A stretch of 64,000 bases of DNA from an uncultured Methanosarcinales archaeon (GTDB taxonomy: Archaea > Nanobdellota > Nanobdellia > Woesearchaeales > GW2011-AR4): assembly GCA_964469645.1 (NCBI GenBank), contig CAYXZV010000003.1, positions 8,538 to 72,537 of the forward strand, in the 5' to 3' direction. The position numbers were made by a program, and so were the translations under genes. Shown piece after piece: positions 27,924-38,950 of the stretch. A model generated the notes under the pieces. That model had not been told where the DNA came from. It did no database searches and worked only from the letters and a program-made list of their open reading frames with translations. Every line of letters begins with the position of its first letter. The first letter of the stretch is position 1.

Positions 27924-29462
27924 CTATCTAAGTAACCTTTTTATGACAGTTAATTCTATTCCTATTTTTCTTTCAACGGCTTCTAATACTACCAAATCTT
28001 CTTCTGAAAAGGACTTGAACACAACAAGTAAAATAAGATACAACACCATGAACATCAAAATTCCTGCAATGAAAAAATATGTGCTAAATAAATCCAATAA
28101 TCCAAATGTATAAAAAACTACTATGAATGAAATAATTCCTGAAGATAAATACTTTAGATAAAGTAGACGGTTATAACCAAATTTAAGAATTCTCTTGAAT
28201 ACAAAAAGTTTTGTTAAACTTAGTATTATCAGAGAAAGGGTTGTAGCAATAGCTGCACCAACTATACCATAAAGAGGAATTAATATTATGTTAAGAATGA
28301 TGTTTCCAACTAATGCGAATGTAGTTGAAATTCCCAAAAATTTTGTTTTTTTGAACGTTCTTAATCCTTGCTCTGACAATCCGAATAAAGTTGCAAAAAA
28401 GTAGCCCATAATCAGTATTACAAGAGGTACAGAAGCCTCTAGATAATTTTGCCCAAAAGTGATAGAAAGGGTTCTGGTTGGAAATGCTAATACAAATATA
28501 AAAATTGGCAATACTAAAATGAATATCCAACGAGAAGCTACTTCAAAAATTTTTCTTATTGATGCTTTTGCCCTTTTCGCATACAATTCAGATATTATGG
28601 GGTAAAATATATCACCAAACGATAGCCAGAATATCATAAGAGCTGAAGCTATTATGAATGCTGCATTATATATTCCTACATCTACTTCAGACTTAAAAAT
28701 TCCTATAAATATAGTATCAGTCCATACTAGAGCCGCTCCAAGAAATCCAGTTATCATCAATGGAAATGAAAAAGAAATAAGTTGCTTAAAATTAAATTTA
28801 GGCTTTAATTCCTTTTTTAGAATATTTTTTAATTTAGACTTTAGAAGAAGAGTTGCTGCTACTGAAGATATAATTAAGGAAATTACATAAGCCCAACTAA
28901 GCGTAAACAAAGATGCAGAAACATAGATAACAAGAATGATAAAGATAAGATTAAGCATCTTCTCAAAGACACTTTCTGATATTATCACATATTCTGGTTT
29001 CTTAAATGCATAAAAATAATATTTTAATAACTGGGTAAGAACACTGAAGGGTATTCCTATTGAGAATATCTTGATGATAGTATCAAGGCCTTGTATTTTA
29101 AATAGATTATTCCCTATATATGCTGAAGAGCTATACAAGAATATTAGTATTATAATGCTAAACGCTATTGTTATAACGAAGCTAGAAATTAATATCCCTT
29201 TTACTTGATCATATTGTTTTTTAGCAAGATGATGATTTATGAATTTACCGATACTTTGGTGCATGCCTGCAAGGCCCAATAACCATGCAAAGTTTAGTAT
29301 AGTTATTCCCAAAGTAAGCAGTCCATAATCCCCAGGTCCTAAATAGCGGGCTGCTAATACCTTATAAAAAAGAACAGCAATAGAGGATAAAACAATACCT
29401 AGGAATATTATAAAACCTCCTTTGGCAACTTTCTTTATAGCATAATCTTCTAATTCATCCAT
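27924..29462 (-). CDS. Wzx/MOP-family oligosaccharide flippase
   Basis: ARYLGPGDYG, FSFPL, VGIYNAA, LIPLYGIVGAAIAT; about 14 TMs. Confidence 0.9.
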   Translation of the reverse strand: MDELEDYAIKKVAKGGFIIFLGIVLSSIAVLFYKVLAARYLGPGDYGLLTLGITILNFAWLLGLAGMHQSIGKFINHHLAKKQYDQVKGILISSFVITIAFSIIILIFLYSSSAYIGNNLFKIQGLDTIIKIFSIGIPFSVLTQLLKYYFYAFKKPEYVIISESVFEKMLNLIFIILVIYVSASLFTLSWAYVISLIISSVAATLLLKSKLKNILKKELKPKFNFKQLISFSFPLMITGFLGAALVWTDTIFIGIFKSEVDVGIYNAAFIIASALMIFWLSFGDIFYPIISELYAKRAKASIRKIFEVASRWIFILVLPIFIFVLAFPTRTLSITFGQNYLEASVPLVILIMGYFFATLFGLSEQGLRTFKKTKFLGISTTFALVGNIILNIILIPLYGIVGAAIATTLSLIILSLTKLFVFKRILKFGYNRLLYLKYLSSGIISFIVVFYTFGLLDLFSTYFFIAGILMFMVLYLILLVVFKSFSEEDLVVLEAVERKIGIELTVIKRLLR

Positions 29463-29513
29463 ATAATCAAAAAATTTATCAAATTTTAAATATTTATTTT
29501 ATTCGTGAAACGA

Positions 29514-30443
29514 TTAATTATTTTTGAACCATTCAACAGTTTTTGTAAGTCCTTCTTTCAAATCTACTTTAGGGTACCATTTGAGCTCTTTCTTTGCCTT
29601 ACTTATATCAGGACATCTTACACGAGGATCGTCTACAGGCAACTTTTTAGACACGATCTCACTCTTACTATTCGCAAGTTCTTTGATGATCTCTGCAAAC
29701 TCATTTATTGTATGTTCATCAGGATTTCCAAGATTCACAGGATCATTTATATTGGAAATCATCAACTTATACACCCCCTCTACCATATCGCTTATATAGC
29801 AAAAACTCCTTGTTTGTTTTCCGGCCCCATAGACTGTAATAGGCTTGTTGCTTAATGATTGGCTTATAAAATTTGGTACAACTCTTCCATCATCTTTCCT
29901 CATTCTTGGGCCATAAGTATTGAATATTCTGGCTATCCTTACATCCACTTTATGTATTGTATGGTAGGCCATAACAAGCGCTTCTGCAAATCTTTTCGCT
30001 TCATCATAACAGCCCCTGGGGCCAACAGGATTAACATTACCCCAATAGCTTTCCGGCTGTGGATTGACTAATGGATCTCCATAAACTTCAGATGTGGACG
30101 CTAAAACATACTTTGCTTTCTTAGCCAAAGCTAAACCTAGAGTGTTATGTGTCCCAAGACTCCCCACTTTCAGTGTCTGTATAGGGATTTTCTGGTAGTC
30201 TACAGGACTCGCAGGGCTTGCAAAATGCATGACATAATCTATATCTTCATCGATATCTATGTGCTTTGATACATCGTGATCAACCAATTTAAAGTTTTTA
30301 TTTCCTGTCAGATGTTCTACATTTTTCTTATTCCCAGTTATAAAATTATCAATGCAAATAACTTTAAACCCTTTTTTTATGAGGAACTCACATAAATGGC
30401 TTCCAATAAAGCCTGCCCCTCCAGTTATAAGTACGGTCTTCAT
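29514..30443 (-). CDS. UDP-glucuronate decarboxylase (UDP-xylose synthase)
   Basis: [42 protein letters not shown]. Confidence 0.9.
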   Translation of the reverse strand: MKTVLITGGAGFIGSHLCEFLIKKGFKVICIDNFITGNKKNVEHLTGNKNFKLVDHDVSKHIDIDEDIDYVMHFASPASPVDYQKIPIQTLKVGSLGTHNTLGLALAKKAKYVLASTSEVYGDPLVNPQPESYWGNVNPVGPRGCYDEAKRFAEALVMAYHTIHKVDVRIARIFNTYGPRMRKDDGRVVPNFISQSLSNKPITVYGAGKQTRSFCYISDMVEGVYKLMISNINDPVNLGNPDEHTINEFAEIIKELANSKSEIVSKKLPVDDPRVRCPDISKAKKELKWYPKVDLKEGLTKTVEWFKNN

Positions 30444-30444
30444 A

Positions 30445-31176
30445 TTATCCTTTGAAATTCTTGTCTGCCTTTTCCAGCTGCTCTAAGCTCCCTACATCAT
30501 ACCATGTCTTATCAGTTATATGTGCATAAACCGTTTGCCTGGTATGTAGCCATGCTATGAAATCCCCGGTCTTATCTGCATTGTTTCCCTGATCTATATA
30601 TTTTTTGATTAAATCTAATGTTTTTCTTGGAAAAATGTATACTCCTGTTGAAATAAGTGTTGATTTTGGGCTTGAAGGTTTTTCCTCAAAACCAACAACA
30701 ACATTTTTCTCAGCTGAGACAACCCCATACTGCTTTGCCAGTTCGGAATCTTTTACATCATGCAGTACGACAAGATTAGACTCTGTTTTTTTGAATATAT
30801 CTGCAACGTCCTTCAACGAAAATTCGAAAAGATTGTCTCCCGCTATAACAATTAGGTCATCATCTATGTTTTTTGTGTTTATTGCATAGTTGACATCGCC
30901 CAAAGCCCCTAGCCTATCTTCATTGCTTTTGGTTCCATCATTTATTACTTCTATTGCTTTTTTGGCATCAAAATTATGAAGCCAATCCAAAAAATCTTGT
31001 GAAAATTTATCGTTTGTAACAATGTAGATGTTATCAACATGATCCAGCTCTTCCACCTTGGAGATTATATGCTCTACCATCACCTTTCCGGCAACTTTAA
31101 GCAAAGGTTTTGGTGTGTTTTTTGTCAATGGGTACAGTCTTGTAGCATAACCTGCTGCCAGTATGATACATTTCAT
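30445..31176 (-). CDS. Sugar-phosphate nucleotidyltransferase
   Basis: [32 protein letters not shown]. Confidence 0.9.
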   Translation of the reverse strand: MKCIILAAGYATRLYPLTKNTPKPLLKVAGKVMVEHIISKVEELDHVDNIYIVTNDKFSQDFLDWLHNFDAKKAIEVINDGTKSNEDRLGALGDVNYAINTKNIDDDLIVIAGDNLFEFSLKDVADIFKKTESNLVVLHDVKDSELAKQYGVVSAEKNVVVGFEEKPSSPKSTLISTGVYIFPRKTLDLIKKYIDQGNNADKTGDFIAWLHTRQTVYAHITDKTWYDVGSLEQLEKADKNFKG

Positions 31177-32478
31177 CTACACCACATCTTTCCTTCCCAC
31201 ACTTATATAAGTAAATCCTTCTTTTTTAAGATCTTCGGGATCATAGATATTTCTTCCATCAATAATCACTGGGCTTGTTAACAATGATTTGATTTTTTTA
31301 ATGTCCAGTTCCTTAAACTCTTTCCATTCAGTCAGTATAAGAAGAACGTCTGCATCTTTTGAAACTTCATAAGGGTCATTGCAGAATTCTATATCATCAA
31401 GAATTTCTTTTGCCTTTTCCATTGCCTCGGGATCATAAGCCTTTATTTTTCCTCCTTCTTTCTGCAGCTCTTTGATTATATAAACACTGGGAGCAAATCT
31501 CATATCATCTGTATTTGGTTTAAAGGCCAATCCGAGAATTCCAATAGTTTTTCCGTTAATGTTTTTCAGGGTTTTTTTTACTTTGTCCATGAAGTTTCTC
31601 TTTTGTTCTTCATTAATCTCATTAGTTGCTTTTAGAAGCTTGTAATCATAGCCATATTTCTCGGCTATCTTAATGAATGCCTGGGAATCTTTTGGAAAGC
31701 ATGAACCCCCATAACCTATACCTGCATTCAGAAATCCTTTTGCTATCCTTTTATCGTAACCCATCCCCTCTGCTACTTTTCCTACATCAGCTCCGGATAT
31801 ATCACATATCCTGGCTACAGAATTGATAAAAGAGATTTTAGTTGCTAAAAATGCGTTGGATGCGTGTTTGATGAGTTCTGCGCTTCTTATATCTGTAATT
31901 ATCAATGGTGCCTTCATAGGGCTATAAATGCTCTTCATGACTTCTATCGCTTTTTTACTGTCTGCCCCGATAACAACCCTATCCGGATCCAGTGTATCTT
32001 TTATTGCAGTGCCTTCCCTCAAAAATTCTGGATTGCTTACAACATCAAAATCAACATCCTCCTTTACATTTTCCAGGATTATTTTTTTAACATCATCTCC
32101 TGTCTCGACAGGAACAGTGCTCTTGTGCACAATAACCTTATAGGATGTCATGTTTTGTGCTATCTCTCTTGCAACATTCTCAACATATTTTAGTTCAACC
32201 TCCCAATTATCCTTCGGAGGGGTTCCAACACAGATAAAAATAACATCACCATGGTTAATGACTTCCTTATTGTCGCAAGTAAACTTCAATCTCTTTTCTT
32301 TCAAATTCCTATCAACTATTTCTTTAAGTCCTGGCTCGAATATTGGCATTATTCCATTATTGAGGTTATCTATCTTTTCCTTATCTATATCTGCAGCAAT
32401 GACATCATTTCCCAACTCTGCAAGTACAGCTGCTGTCGCTAATCCCACATATCCAACCCCAATTACCGAAATCTTCAT
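31177..32478 (-). CDS. ugd: UDP-glucose 6-dehydrogenase
   Basis: GVGYVG, ICVGTP, KSTVP, SNPEFLREG, GYGGSCFPKD, FKPNTDDMR. Confidence 0.93.
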   Translation of the reverse strand: MKISVIGVGYVGLATAAVLAELGNDVIAADIDKEKIDNLNNGIMPIFEPGLKEIVDRNLKEKRLKFTCDNKEVINHGDVIFICVGTPPKDNWEVELKYVENVAREIAQNMTSYKVIVHKSTVPVETGDDVKKIILENVKEDVDFDVVSNPEFLREGTAIKDTLDPDRVVIGADSKKAIEVMKSIYSPMKAPLIITDIRSAELIKHASNAFLATKISFINSVARICDISGADVGKVAEGMGYDKRIAKGFLNAGIGYGGSCFPKDSQAFIKIAEKYGYDYKLLKATNEINEEQKRNFMDKVKKTLKNINGKTIGILGLAFKPNTDDMRFAPSVYIIKELQKEGGKIKAYDPEAMEKAKEILDDIEFCNDPYEVSKDADVLLILTEWKEFKELDIKKIKSLLTSPVIIDGRNIYDPEDLKKEGFTYISVGRKDVV

Positions 32479-32547
32479 TTTATATTCTGGAAAGAAATTG
32501 GTTTTAAAAAGGTTACCATAAATAGTATGTTTCAGAATAAAAAAAGG

Positions 32548-32660
32548 TGGACAGCTTTCCTAGTTTCCCATGCAAAAGCACAGTACACCTAGAAACGGAA
32601 GCTCATTTAACTTCGGAGTTCGGAATGGGATCCGGTGAACCAAGCCCCTATGGCCGTCCA
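32548..32660 (-). rRNA. rrf: 5S rRNA, stand-alone
   Basis: Minus strand reads TGGACGGCCATAG...CCGGATCCCATTCCGAACTCCGAAGTTAA...GTACTG...GGGAAACTAGGAAAGCTGTCCA, with the conserved CCCATTCCGAAC and GAAGTTAA and a terminal helix I; followed by a T-run; ends approximate. Confidence 0.95.
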
Positions 32661-32675
32661 AGAATAAGTAATATT

Positions 32676-32695
32676 ATTGGTTTTAAAAAGGTTAC
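32676..32695 (-). promoter_or_regulatory. BRE/TATA promoter of the 5S rRNA
   Basis: GTAACCTTTTTAAAACCAAT about 20-30 nt upstream of the 5S 5' end; an identical 20-mer sits upstream of ugd (32497-32516). Confidence 0.7.
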
Positions 32696-32745
32696 GGTCT
32701 CAACTCAATGGAAATGTTTTTAATAAAGAATGTAATACTACCAAC

Positions 32746-32994
32746 ATGACTCAAGATTTAACTCATGCGTTAAACATACTCACAACTCTTAGAAAAGCAA
32801 ATTTGAGTACTTCTACAATTGAGAAAGTAATTGAGGGTTTACCAATGGGAACACAAGAAAAACGTAACATGTCAATTATTAATACTGGTTGTAGACCGCC
32901 ACATAAATCAGATTATTTCCAAAAAACTGACTTAATTGATTTATACCTTACAAATCCACATGAAGTTCAATTAGATAGGATTAACTATAATTAA
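32746..32994 (+). CDS. Hypothetical protein (82 aa)
   Basis: ATG about 25 nt after TTTTTAATAA; fills the gap between the 5S rRNA and the convergent NFACT gene; no recognisable motif. Confidence 0.45.
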   Translation: MTQDLTHALNILTTLRKANLSTSTIEKVIEGLPMGTQEKRNMSIINTGCRPPHKSDYFQKTDLIDLYLTNPHEVQLDRINYN

Positions 32995-34106
32995 TCTATC
33001 TCAACAACAACCTTTTTCTCCTTAACATCAACATCCTTGACAACTTTATGCCCCTTCAACTTATCCTTAATCTCTTTCCAGGAATATTTTTTGCTTGCTT
33101 TATTTATCTCATCCAGGATTTCTTTAATCAGCTGATAATTATGGTAGATCAGCTCACCTTTCTCTTTACTTTCAGTTTCTTTTACTTTTAATCCTTTTAA
33201 TGTAGTTTCCTGTTCTCCTATAATCCACTTAAGCTCTTTAATTTTTTTAGTATAAGGGTTGTCTTTTTTCTTGGTTAGCTTCGACTCATAAGTAGAATAC
33301 TCCTGTAACGCTTCGCTGTAGCTCGCAAATTCTTTTTTTTCAAAGTTTTTGTACAATTCCAAATCTATCGGAACAGCATCTATAGGTTCTTTGTCTTTAT
33401 AGATTATTTGAGAATTTATTTTTTTATTGATTAGTTTTTTTATTGAGGAGATTATTTTTGGAATTTCTTTATTATTGATTTCTTTCGGTAATGTACTTTT
33501 CTCAATATCGCTCAACAAGCAAACCTCCTCGGAATAAACCCCCCCTAAACCCAGTTCTGTAGCAAAACTAGTTACAATCTTATCTTTTTTTGAGTTTTTT
33601 AACAAATCTGAAAGTTGATTCTTATTTATATCAAAAAGATTATATTCCATATTGGGATATTCATATTTCTCTTTTGGCAAAACAGAACGATCTTTGAACT
33701 TATGTCTGATTAGGCAGTCTAAAATGACACCATCATTGCATAAAATTACATTACCTTTTCCAAAAAACTCGAGATAAATCTGCCTCTCTTCACTCTTTGA
33801 CTTAAAAATTATTTTCAATATCCTTTCAGGTTCTATCTGATCAATAGAATCAAGGAATTTGCCCTCAAGATTCTTCCTAAGCAGCATGCAGAATCCTGAA
33901 GGAGTATCATCTGCAGACTTTTCTCCACTCAAAAAAATGCTTTTCCCAAGAATGATCTTCAATATTTTCTTGCCAACATTGCTTTTATGGACTTGTAAAT
34001 AAATTTCCTCCTTGCCGCTGTTATAAATTCTGTCAACTCTTGAATTTTTCACTATTTCGAGTTCTTTTGCCAAAAAGCTCAGTTCAAGTGAAGATAACTG
34101 TTTCAT
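32991..34106 (-). CDS. NFACT/Rqc2 (FbpA-like) N-terminal and coiled-coil protein
   Basis: LSSLEL, PSGFCMLLRKNL, ERIL, EFFGKGNVIL, GLGGVYSEE, GELIY; start ATG 34106 overlaps the upstream stop. Confidence 0.85.
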   Translation of the reverse strand: MKQLSSLELSFLAKELEIVKNSRVDRIYNSGKEEIYLQVHKSNVGKKILKIILGKSIFLSGEKSADDTPSGFCMLLRKNLEGKFLDSIDQIEPERILKIIFKSKSEERQIYLEFFGKGNVILCNDGVILDCLIRHKFKDRSVLPKEKYEYPNMEYNLFDINKNQLSDLLKNSKKDKIVTSFATELGLGGVYSEEVCLLSDIEKSTLPKEINNKEIPKIISSIKKLINKKINSQIIYKDKEPIDAVPIDLELYKNFEKKEFASYSEALQEYSTYESKLTKKKDNPYTKKIKELKWIIGEQETTLKGLKVKETESKEKGELIYHNYQLIKEILDEINKASKKYSWKEIKDKLKGHKVVKDVDVKEKKVVVEID

Positions 34107-34588
34107 AGTCCAATCTCCTTGCACACTCTACCAATATTTATGCCTTTTGTCGTATCCACAACAATGACCCTATGTCCTTTCTCTTTGCTTTCATTTAAGC
34201 AAACATCAAATATCTCCGAGTCTAGGTTTTCTCTAACTTTATCCTTGGAATATTTTTTATTTTTTAGCCTTTTTTCCAGTTCCTTTAAGTCGCATTTAAC
34301 AACTATACAGACATCCACATGCCTCTTTGGAAGATAATGTGAAAGATGGGAGTCTATTATCATCCCATTTTCCGCTTTATGATCGTGTATTTCCTTTATT
34401 AGTGCAACATTCAGTTTTCTGACATCAATAATCTTAGTTTTTCTCTTTTCATCATAACCTTCAGAGATGTCATATTTTCTCACTATTTCGTTTACATCCA
34501 AATAATGGAAATGTAGCTTTTTAGCTAACTTTTTTGCTAATGTACTCTTTCCAGTTCCTGGAGTTCCAGTAACAATTATTGTTCTCAT
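34103..34588 (-). CDS. Adenylate kinase, AK6/Fap7 type
   Basis: VTGTPGTGKST, IIDSHLSH, RL...YSKDKVRENLDSE. Confidence 0.9.
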   Translation of the reverse strand: MRTIIVTGTPGTGKSTLAKKLAKKLHFHYLDVNEIVRKYDISEGYDEKRKTKIIDVRKLNVALIKEIHDHKAENGMIIDSHLSHYLPKRHVDVCIVVKCDLKELEKRLKNKKYSKDKVRENLDSEIFDVCLNESKEKGHRVIVVDTTKGINIGRVCKEIGL

Positions 34589-34682
34589 ATGATATTATCA
34601 ACAAACCTCCTTTTTTAAACATTCTTCTATTTTGACAGTAAAAAGAAAAATATTTTAAATTGAATAAGATTAATTTCAGTAT

Positions 34683-35084
34683 ATGCAGGAGACAATTACC
34701 ATCTCAACCTCAAAAAAACAGGAATTGATAGACCTTACCGATAAAGTTAATTCTATTGTAAAGGAATCAAAAGTAAAGGAAGGAATATGCACCATTTATG
34801 CAATGCACGCAACCGCAGCTATAATAATTAATGAGAATGCTGATCCAAACATATGCCTTGATTTATTAGAAGCTCTGAACAATCTTATACCGACAGGAAA
34901 GTGGCGCCATGACAAGTTAGATGGAAATGCTGATGCCCATATAAAGTCATCCATATTAGGACCTCAAGAGACCATACCTATAAAAAATAATGAATTGCAA
35001 CTGGGAACATGGCAGAGCCCAATGCTTGTAGAGCTGGATGGGCCAAGAAAAAGAAATATAATTGTCCAGGTTATTGGTGATTAA
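34683..35084 (+). CDS. yjbQ: YjbQ/UPF0047 family protein
   Basis: HATAAIIINENADP, GNADAHIKSS, LGTWQ, ELDGPR. Confidence 0.92.
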   Translation: MQETITISTSKKQELIDLTDKVNSIVKESKVKEGICTIYAMHATAAIIINENADPNICLDLLEALNNLIPTGKWRHDKLDGNADAHIKSSILGPQETIPIKNNELQLGTWQSPMLVELDGPRKRNIIVQVIGD

Positions 35085-35540
35085 ATGAAATGTGATATGT
35101 GCAGTGCTACGGGAAAATTATACAAGACAATAGTAGAAGGAGCAGAGCTTAGTTTATGCCATGAATGCAGCAAATTCGGAAAGGTAGTAGGGATTATAGA
35201 GCAAAAGACAGATAATATCCCTGCTACTGTTGGAATTAAACAACCTCAAGAAGAGATAATTGAAATTGTGGTTGATGATTATGCTGAAAAAATAAGGAAA
35301 AAAAGAGAAAGCTCGGGTTTAAACCAGAAAGAGTTTGCAAGAAAGATAAATGAAAAGGAATCGATAGTGCAAAAAATGGAATCGGGACATTTTGAACCTT
35401 CATTGCAGCTTGCAAAAAAAATAGGGAATCTCCTTAAGATAAGGTTGACAGAAGAGCATAAGGAAGAGCACGAAAAGCAAGAACGTTCAAAAACAGGTTC
35501 TCTTACAATAGGGGATCTTATAAAGATAAAGAAGAAATAA
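35085..35540 (+). CDS. mbf1: Archaeal multiprotein bridging factor 1 (Zn ribbon plus HTH)
   Basis: CDMC...VEGAELSLCHECSKFG, IRKKRE..GLNQKEFA, TIGD. Confidence 0.9.
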   Translation: MKCDMCSATGKLYKTIVEGAELSLCHECSKFGKVVGIIEQKTDNIPATVGIKQPQEEIIEIVVDDYAEKIRKKRESSGLNQKEFARKINEKESIVQKMESGHFEPSLQLAKKIGNLLKIRLTEEHKEEHEKQERSKTGSLTIGDLIKIKKK

Positions 35541-35583
35541 TATAAACCTTTATAAACGCAAATAACAATAAATAACAATTAAA

Positions 35584-36822
35584 ATGGAAGTAGGTTATGC
35601 AGCTCTGGTACATTTTGTATGGTTTTTGTCTACTTACTTCATCGTGGTTTTTCTGCTGATATTATTAAAAACTAAGAATAATCTCTATGATTCCCCTGTT
35701 CTTGATGATAATGAACAGCTGCCAAAAGTAAGCATAATTATTTCCGCTTACAATGAAGAGGAAAAGATTTCTGATTCTATAGAATCTCTAAAATCGATTG
35801 ATTACCCGAAAAAATTGTATGAAGTCATAGTTGTAAATGATGGCAGTGAAGATAAAACACGAGAAGTCATGCTCAAATATGCCCATGAAGATAATATTAC
35901 TTTTGTTGACAACAAAAAGAACAAAGGAAAAGCTGCCTGCCTCAATCAGGGAATAGAGATAGCAAAAGGTGACTACATTGCGTGCATGGATGCCGATTCA
36001 GTTGTTGCAGAAGATATATTAAAAAAGACAATCCCTTACTTTAAGGACAAAAAGATGGGGTCTGTCACAGTTTCCGTCCTTGTGAAGCAGACCAATAACT
36101 TTTTGCAGAAGATAATACAGATTGAATATATGCTTGGCCTTTCTCTTTTCTTAAGGGTATTTTCATCTTTCAACTGTGTTCACGTAACACCGGGACCGTT
36201 TTCTATCTATAGGAAGTCTCTTCTTGACAAAATCGGTTATTTTGATGTCAATAACATAACAGAAGACTTGGAAATAGCATATAGAATCCACAAATCAGGT
36301 TACAAGATAGCTAATTGTATGAATACTTGCGTCAAGACTATAACGCCTGGAAACTTAAAGTCGCTATACAGGCAGAGGAAAAGGTGGTATTCCGGAGCAA
36401 TAATGACCTTTTGGCAACACAAGGACATAATGCTGACAAAGAAAGCAGGATTGTTCGGTTATTTTGTGCCTTTTAACTATACCTTGATACTTTCTGGTTT
36501 GGGACTTTTCATATTATCCACATATCTTTTAGTATCCAACATAGCGAGAAATCTTTCTTTATACTCCTTTACAAATTATAATTTTTTCTCTAGTTTTCTG
36601 TTCGAATTTGATCTCTTAGGAACAAGCGTATTGTCTATTTTTGTTTTGTCTAGCATAGTCAGTGTAGTTATATTGATTACAGTAGGACTAAAAGCAATAA
36701 GAAATAATACTCGAAGGAGGATTTCAATTTATTTTGGGTATTTCCTGCTCTTTTTTATGTACCAGTTTTTCTGGCTCACATCCTTTTTTCTGGTATTGTT
36801 CAGGAGAAAAGTAAGGTGGTAG
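35584..36822 (+). CDS. Membrane GT2 glycosyltransferase (QxxRW type)
   Basis: AYNEE, NDGSED, GKA, DAD, TED, QRKRW, C-terminal TMs. Confidence 0.9.
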   Translation: MEVGYAALVHFVWFLSTYFIVVFLLILLKTKNNLYDSPVLDDNEQLPKVSIIISAYNEEEKISDSIESLKSIDYPKKLYEVIVVNDGSEDKTREVMLKYAHEDNITFVDNKKNKGKAACLNQGIEIAKGDYIACMDADSVVAEDILKKTIPYFKDKKMGSVTVSVLVKQTNNFLQKIIQIEYMLGLSLFLRVFSSFNCVHVTPGPFSIYRKSLLDKIGYFDVNNITEDLEIAYRIHKSGYKIANCMNTCVKTITPGNLKSLYRQRKRWYSGAIMTFWQHKDIMLTKKAGLFGYFVPFNYTLILSGLGLFILSTYLLVSNIARNLSLYSFTNYNFFSSFLFEFDLLGTSVLSIFVLSSIVSVVILITVGLKAIRNNTRRRISIYFGYFLLFFMYQFFWLTSFFLVLFRRKVRW

Positions 36823-37496
36823 CCAATAAAGGGGTTTTTGTTGTAGCAGCTATAATAACTATAGTACTGTTAATCTCAATTTACTCCTTTAACTTATTCC
36901 TAAATACTCAAAGGGAACGTGCCATTATAGAAAGGATGGAGCAGGTCCTTGACGAATACCAGGAACTACAGGCCTTATCTTTGATGTCCGAAGTCTTCGG
37001 AAAGGAAATGACATGCATCTCATTAGAAAAAAGGTTGGCGCATATGGACAAGACTTTATGGGATACAGGAATAAAGATTGACATGTACAGGGAAGCTACA
37101 GAGAAATTTATTACAGACCCCTTTTATCTAGATCAGAAGAAGAAATTCAACAGGAACGAAATTATTTACTTGTCTATGCTGGAGAATATGAAGCAATGGT
37201 GCACATTTAACCAGACAACTATCCTTTATTTTTACAAGAAAAAAGAGGATTGTGCTGAATGTGATGCACAGTCTTTTGTTTTGACTGACCTAAATAAGGA
37301 TATAGACCAGGAGATAGCTATTTTTTCTTTTGACTCTAATTTAAAGCTCCCATCTGTAGATACTCTTGAATTATTCTATGGAATTGACTCTTTTCCATGT
37401 ATTGTGGTGGAAAACAAGACTTATTGTGGGCTGCATGACAAAGATGCGTTGATTGATTTGATTTGTGAACATGATGATATTTCGCTGTGTTCTTAA
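36816..37496 (+). CDS. Membrane-anchored hypothetical protein with thioredoxin-like CxxC domain
   Basis: N-terminal TM, YFY...CAEC..QSFVL, FSFD, YGIDSFP. Confidence 0.6.
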   Translation: MVANKGVFVVAAIITIVLLISIYSFNLFLNTQRERAIIERMEQVLDEYQELQALSLMSEVFGKEMTCISLEKRLAHMDKTLWDTGIKIDMYREATEKFITDPFYLDQKKKFNRNEIIYLSMLENMKQWCTFNQTTILYFYKKKEDCAECDAQSFVLTDLNKDIDQEIAIFSFDSNLKLPSVDTLELFYGIDSFPCIVVENKTYCGLHDKDALIDLICEHDDISLCS

Positions 37497-37534
37497 GAAA
37501 GAGTTAAAAAAAGAGCAGTATTCCAGACTATAAT

Positions 37535-38914
37535 ATGAAGTTAAAAAATCATAAGATATTTCTATTAGTTTTCTTTGTATTTTTCATTGTAAAATTATTC
37601 TCTTTGTTTGTTGCTCATGACATATGGTGGGATTCTTCTGTATACATTGGAATGGGAAAGTATATCTATTCATTTAGCGAAGTGGGTTTATGGGAATCTT
37701 CCAGACCCTTGGTATGGCCTCTGATTTTAGGGTTTTTCTGGAAGATTGGAATAGATGTTATTTTCTTTGGGAAATTATCTATGATGTTATTCAGTTTAGG
37801 GGTATTATTCTTAACTTACCTTATTGCTCTTGATATTTTCAATAAAAAAGTTGCAATTATTTCTTCCTTATTCCTTGTTCTATCTTCTACATTCTTTCTT
37901 TTTGGAAATATCCTACATACAGAGATTCCTTCCACATTCTTTGCTTTGCTCGGGTTTTATTTATTCATGAAGAAAAAATATAATTTTTCGGGTTTGTTTT
38001 TAGGCATAGCTTTCATGACAAGATTTTTTCAGGTTTTTATATTTATTGCATTATCTTTGATATTATTTTATTTATTTATGAAGAAAAAAGTGCCTTACAA
38101 GGTATTGTTTTATTTCTCGTTGTTTTTTTTGATTCCAGTAGTTCCATACTTAATTTTAAATTATTTCCTGTATAATGATATCTTCTATCCATTTGTATTG
38201 CAAGCTTTCATGTCGAAGAATACTGGTTGGATATTTTTCCAGCCATTTTGGTTTTATTTTGTCAATCTTGTAAGAGAGAACATTTTGGTTTTATTCTCCG
38301 TTATAGGTTTATTATTCGTTTTCAAAAAACCAGATTTTAGAAAAACGTCTATTACTGTTGCATTCTTATTCATTTTTGTCCCATATACTTTAGTTGCTCA
38401 TAAAGAGATGAGATTACTGGTTCCTGCATTGCCTTTCTTGTACATTTTAACGAGTTATGGAATGCTTTATTTCATTAATTTATTTAAAAAGAATGGGACA
38501 TTGATTTTATCTTTATTGTTGTTTAGTTTTCTGATTCTTAGTACACCAAACATAAAATTCAACACATACGAAGATAGCCTAGATCAATTCTATGATTATA
38601 TCGGGACTGAAAAAATAGATGATGAGCTTTGGATATCAAATCCAGCATTTATTACATTTTCCAACGAGAGAGCAGATAAGTTAATATATTTTCCTCTTTA
38701 TAATTCAGAAAAGGTTGATGAATTGATTCTCAATATTGATGATGCAAAACATATTTTAATCAATACTTGTGATTTATTGCCTTGTCCCCCTTCAGATACT
38801 GCTTGCAATCAAAAACATGATGATTTCATTGATTTGCTTAAAGAAAATTTTAAGCTGAGGTTATATGACGGGCACGGTTCTTGTGAATATTACATCTTTA
38901 CTTCAGAGAATTAG
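37535..38914 (+). CDS. GT-C (PMT/GT39/ArnT-like) membrane glycosyltransferase
   Basis: WWDSSVY, RPLVWP, TEIP, HKEMRLL; many TMs. Confidence 0.75.
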   Translation: MKLKNHKIFLLVFFVFFIVKLFSLFVAHDIWWDSSVYIGMGKYIYSFSEVGLWESSRPLVWPLILGFFWKIGIDVIFFGKLSMMLFSLGVLFLTYLIALDIFNKKVAIISSLFLVLSSTFFLFGNILHTEIPSTFFALLGFYLFMKKKYNFSGLFLGIAFMTRFFQVFIFIALSLILFYLFMKKKVPYKVLFYFSLFFLIPVVPYLILNYFLYNDIFYPFVLQAFMSKNTGWIFFQPFWFYFVNLVRENILVLFSVIGLLFVFKKPDFRKTSITVAFLFIFVPYTLVAHKEMRLLVPALPFLYILTSYGMLYFINLFKKNGTLILSLLLFSFLILSTPNIKFNTYEDSLDQFYDYIGTEKIDDELWISNPAFITFSNERADKLIYFPLYNSEKVDELILNIDDAKHILINTCDLLPCPPSDTACNQKHDDFIDLLKENFKLRLYDGHGSCEYYIFTSEN

Positions 38915-38950
38915 AAAAAGATTAATAATCAATCATATTACCACAAAAAT

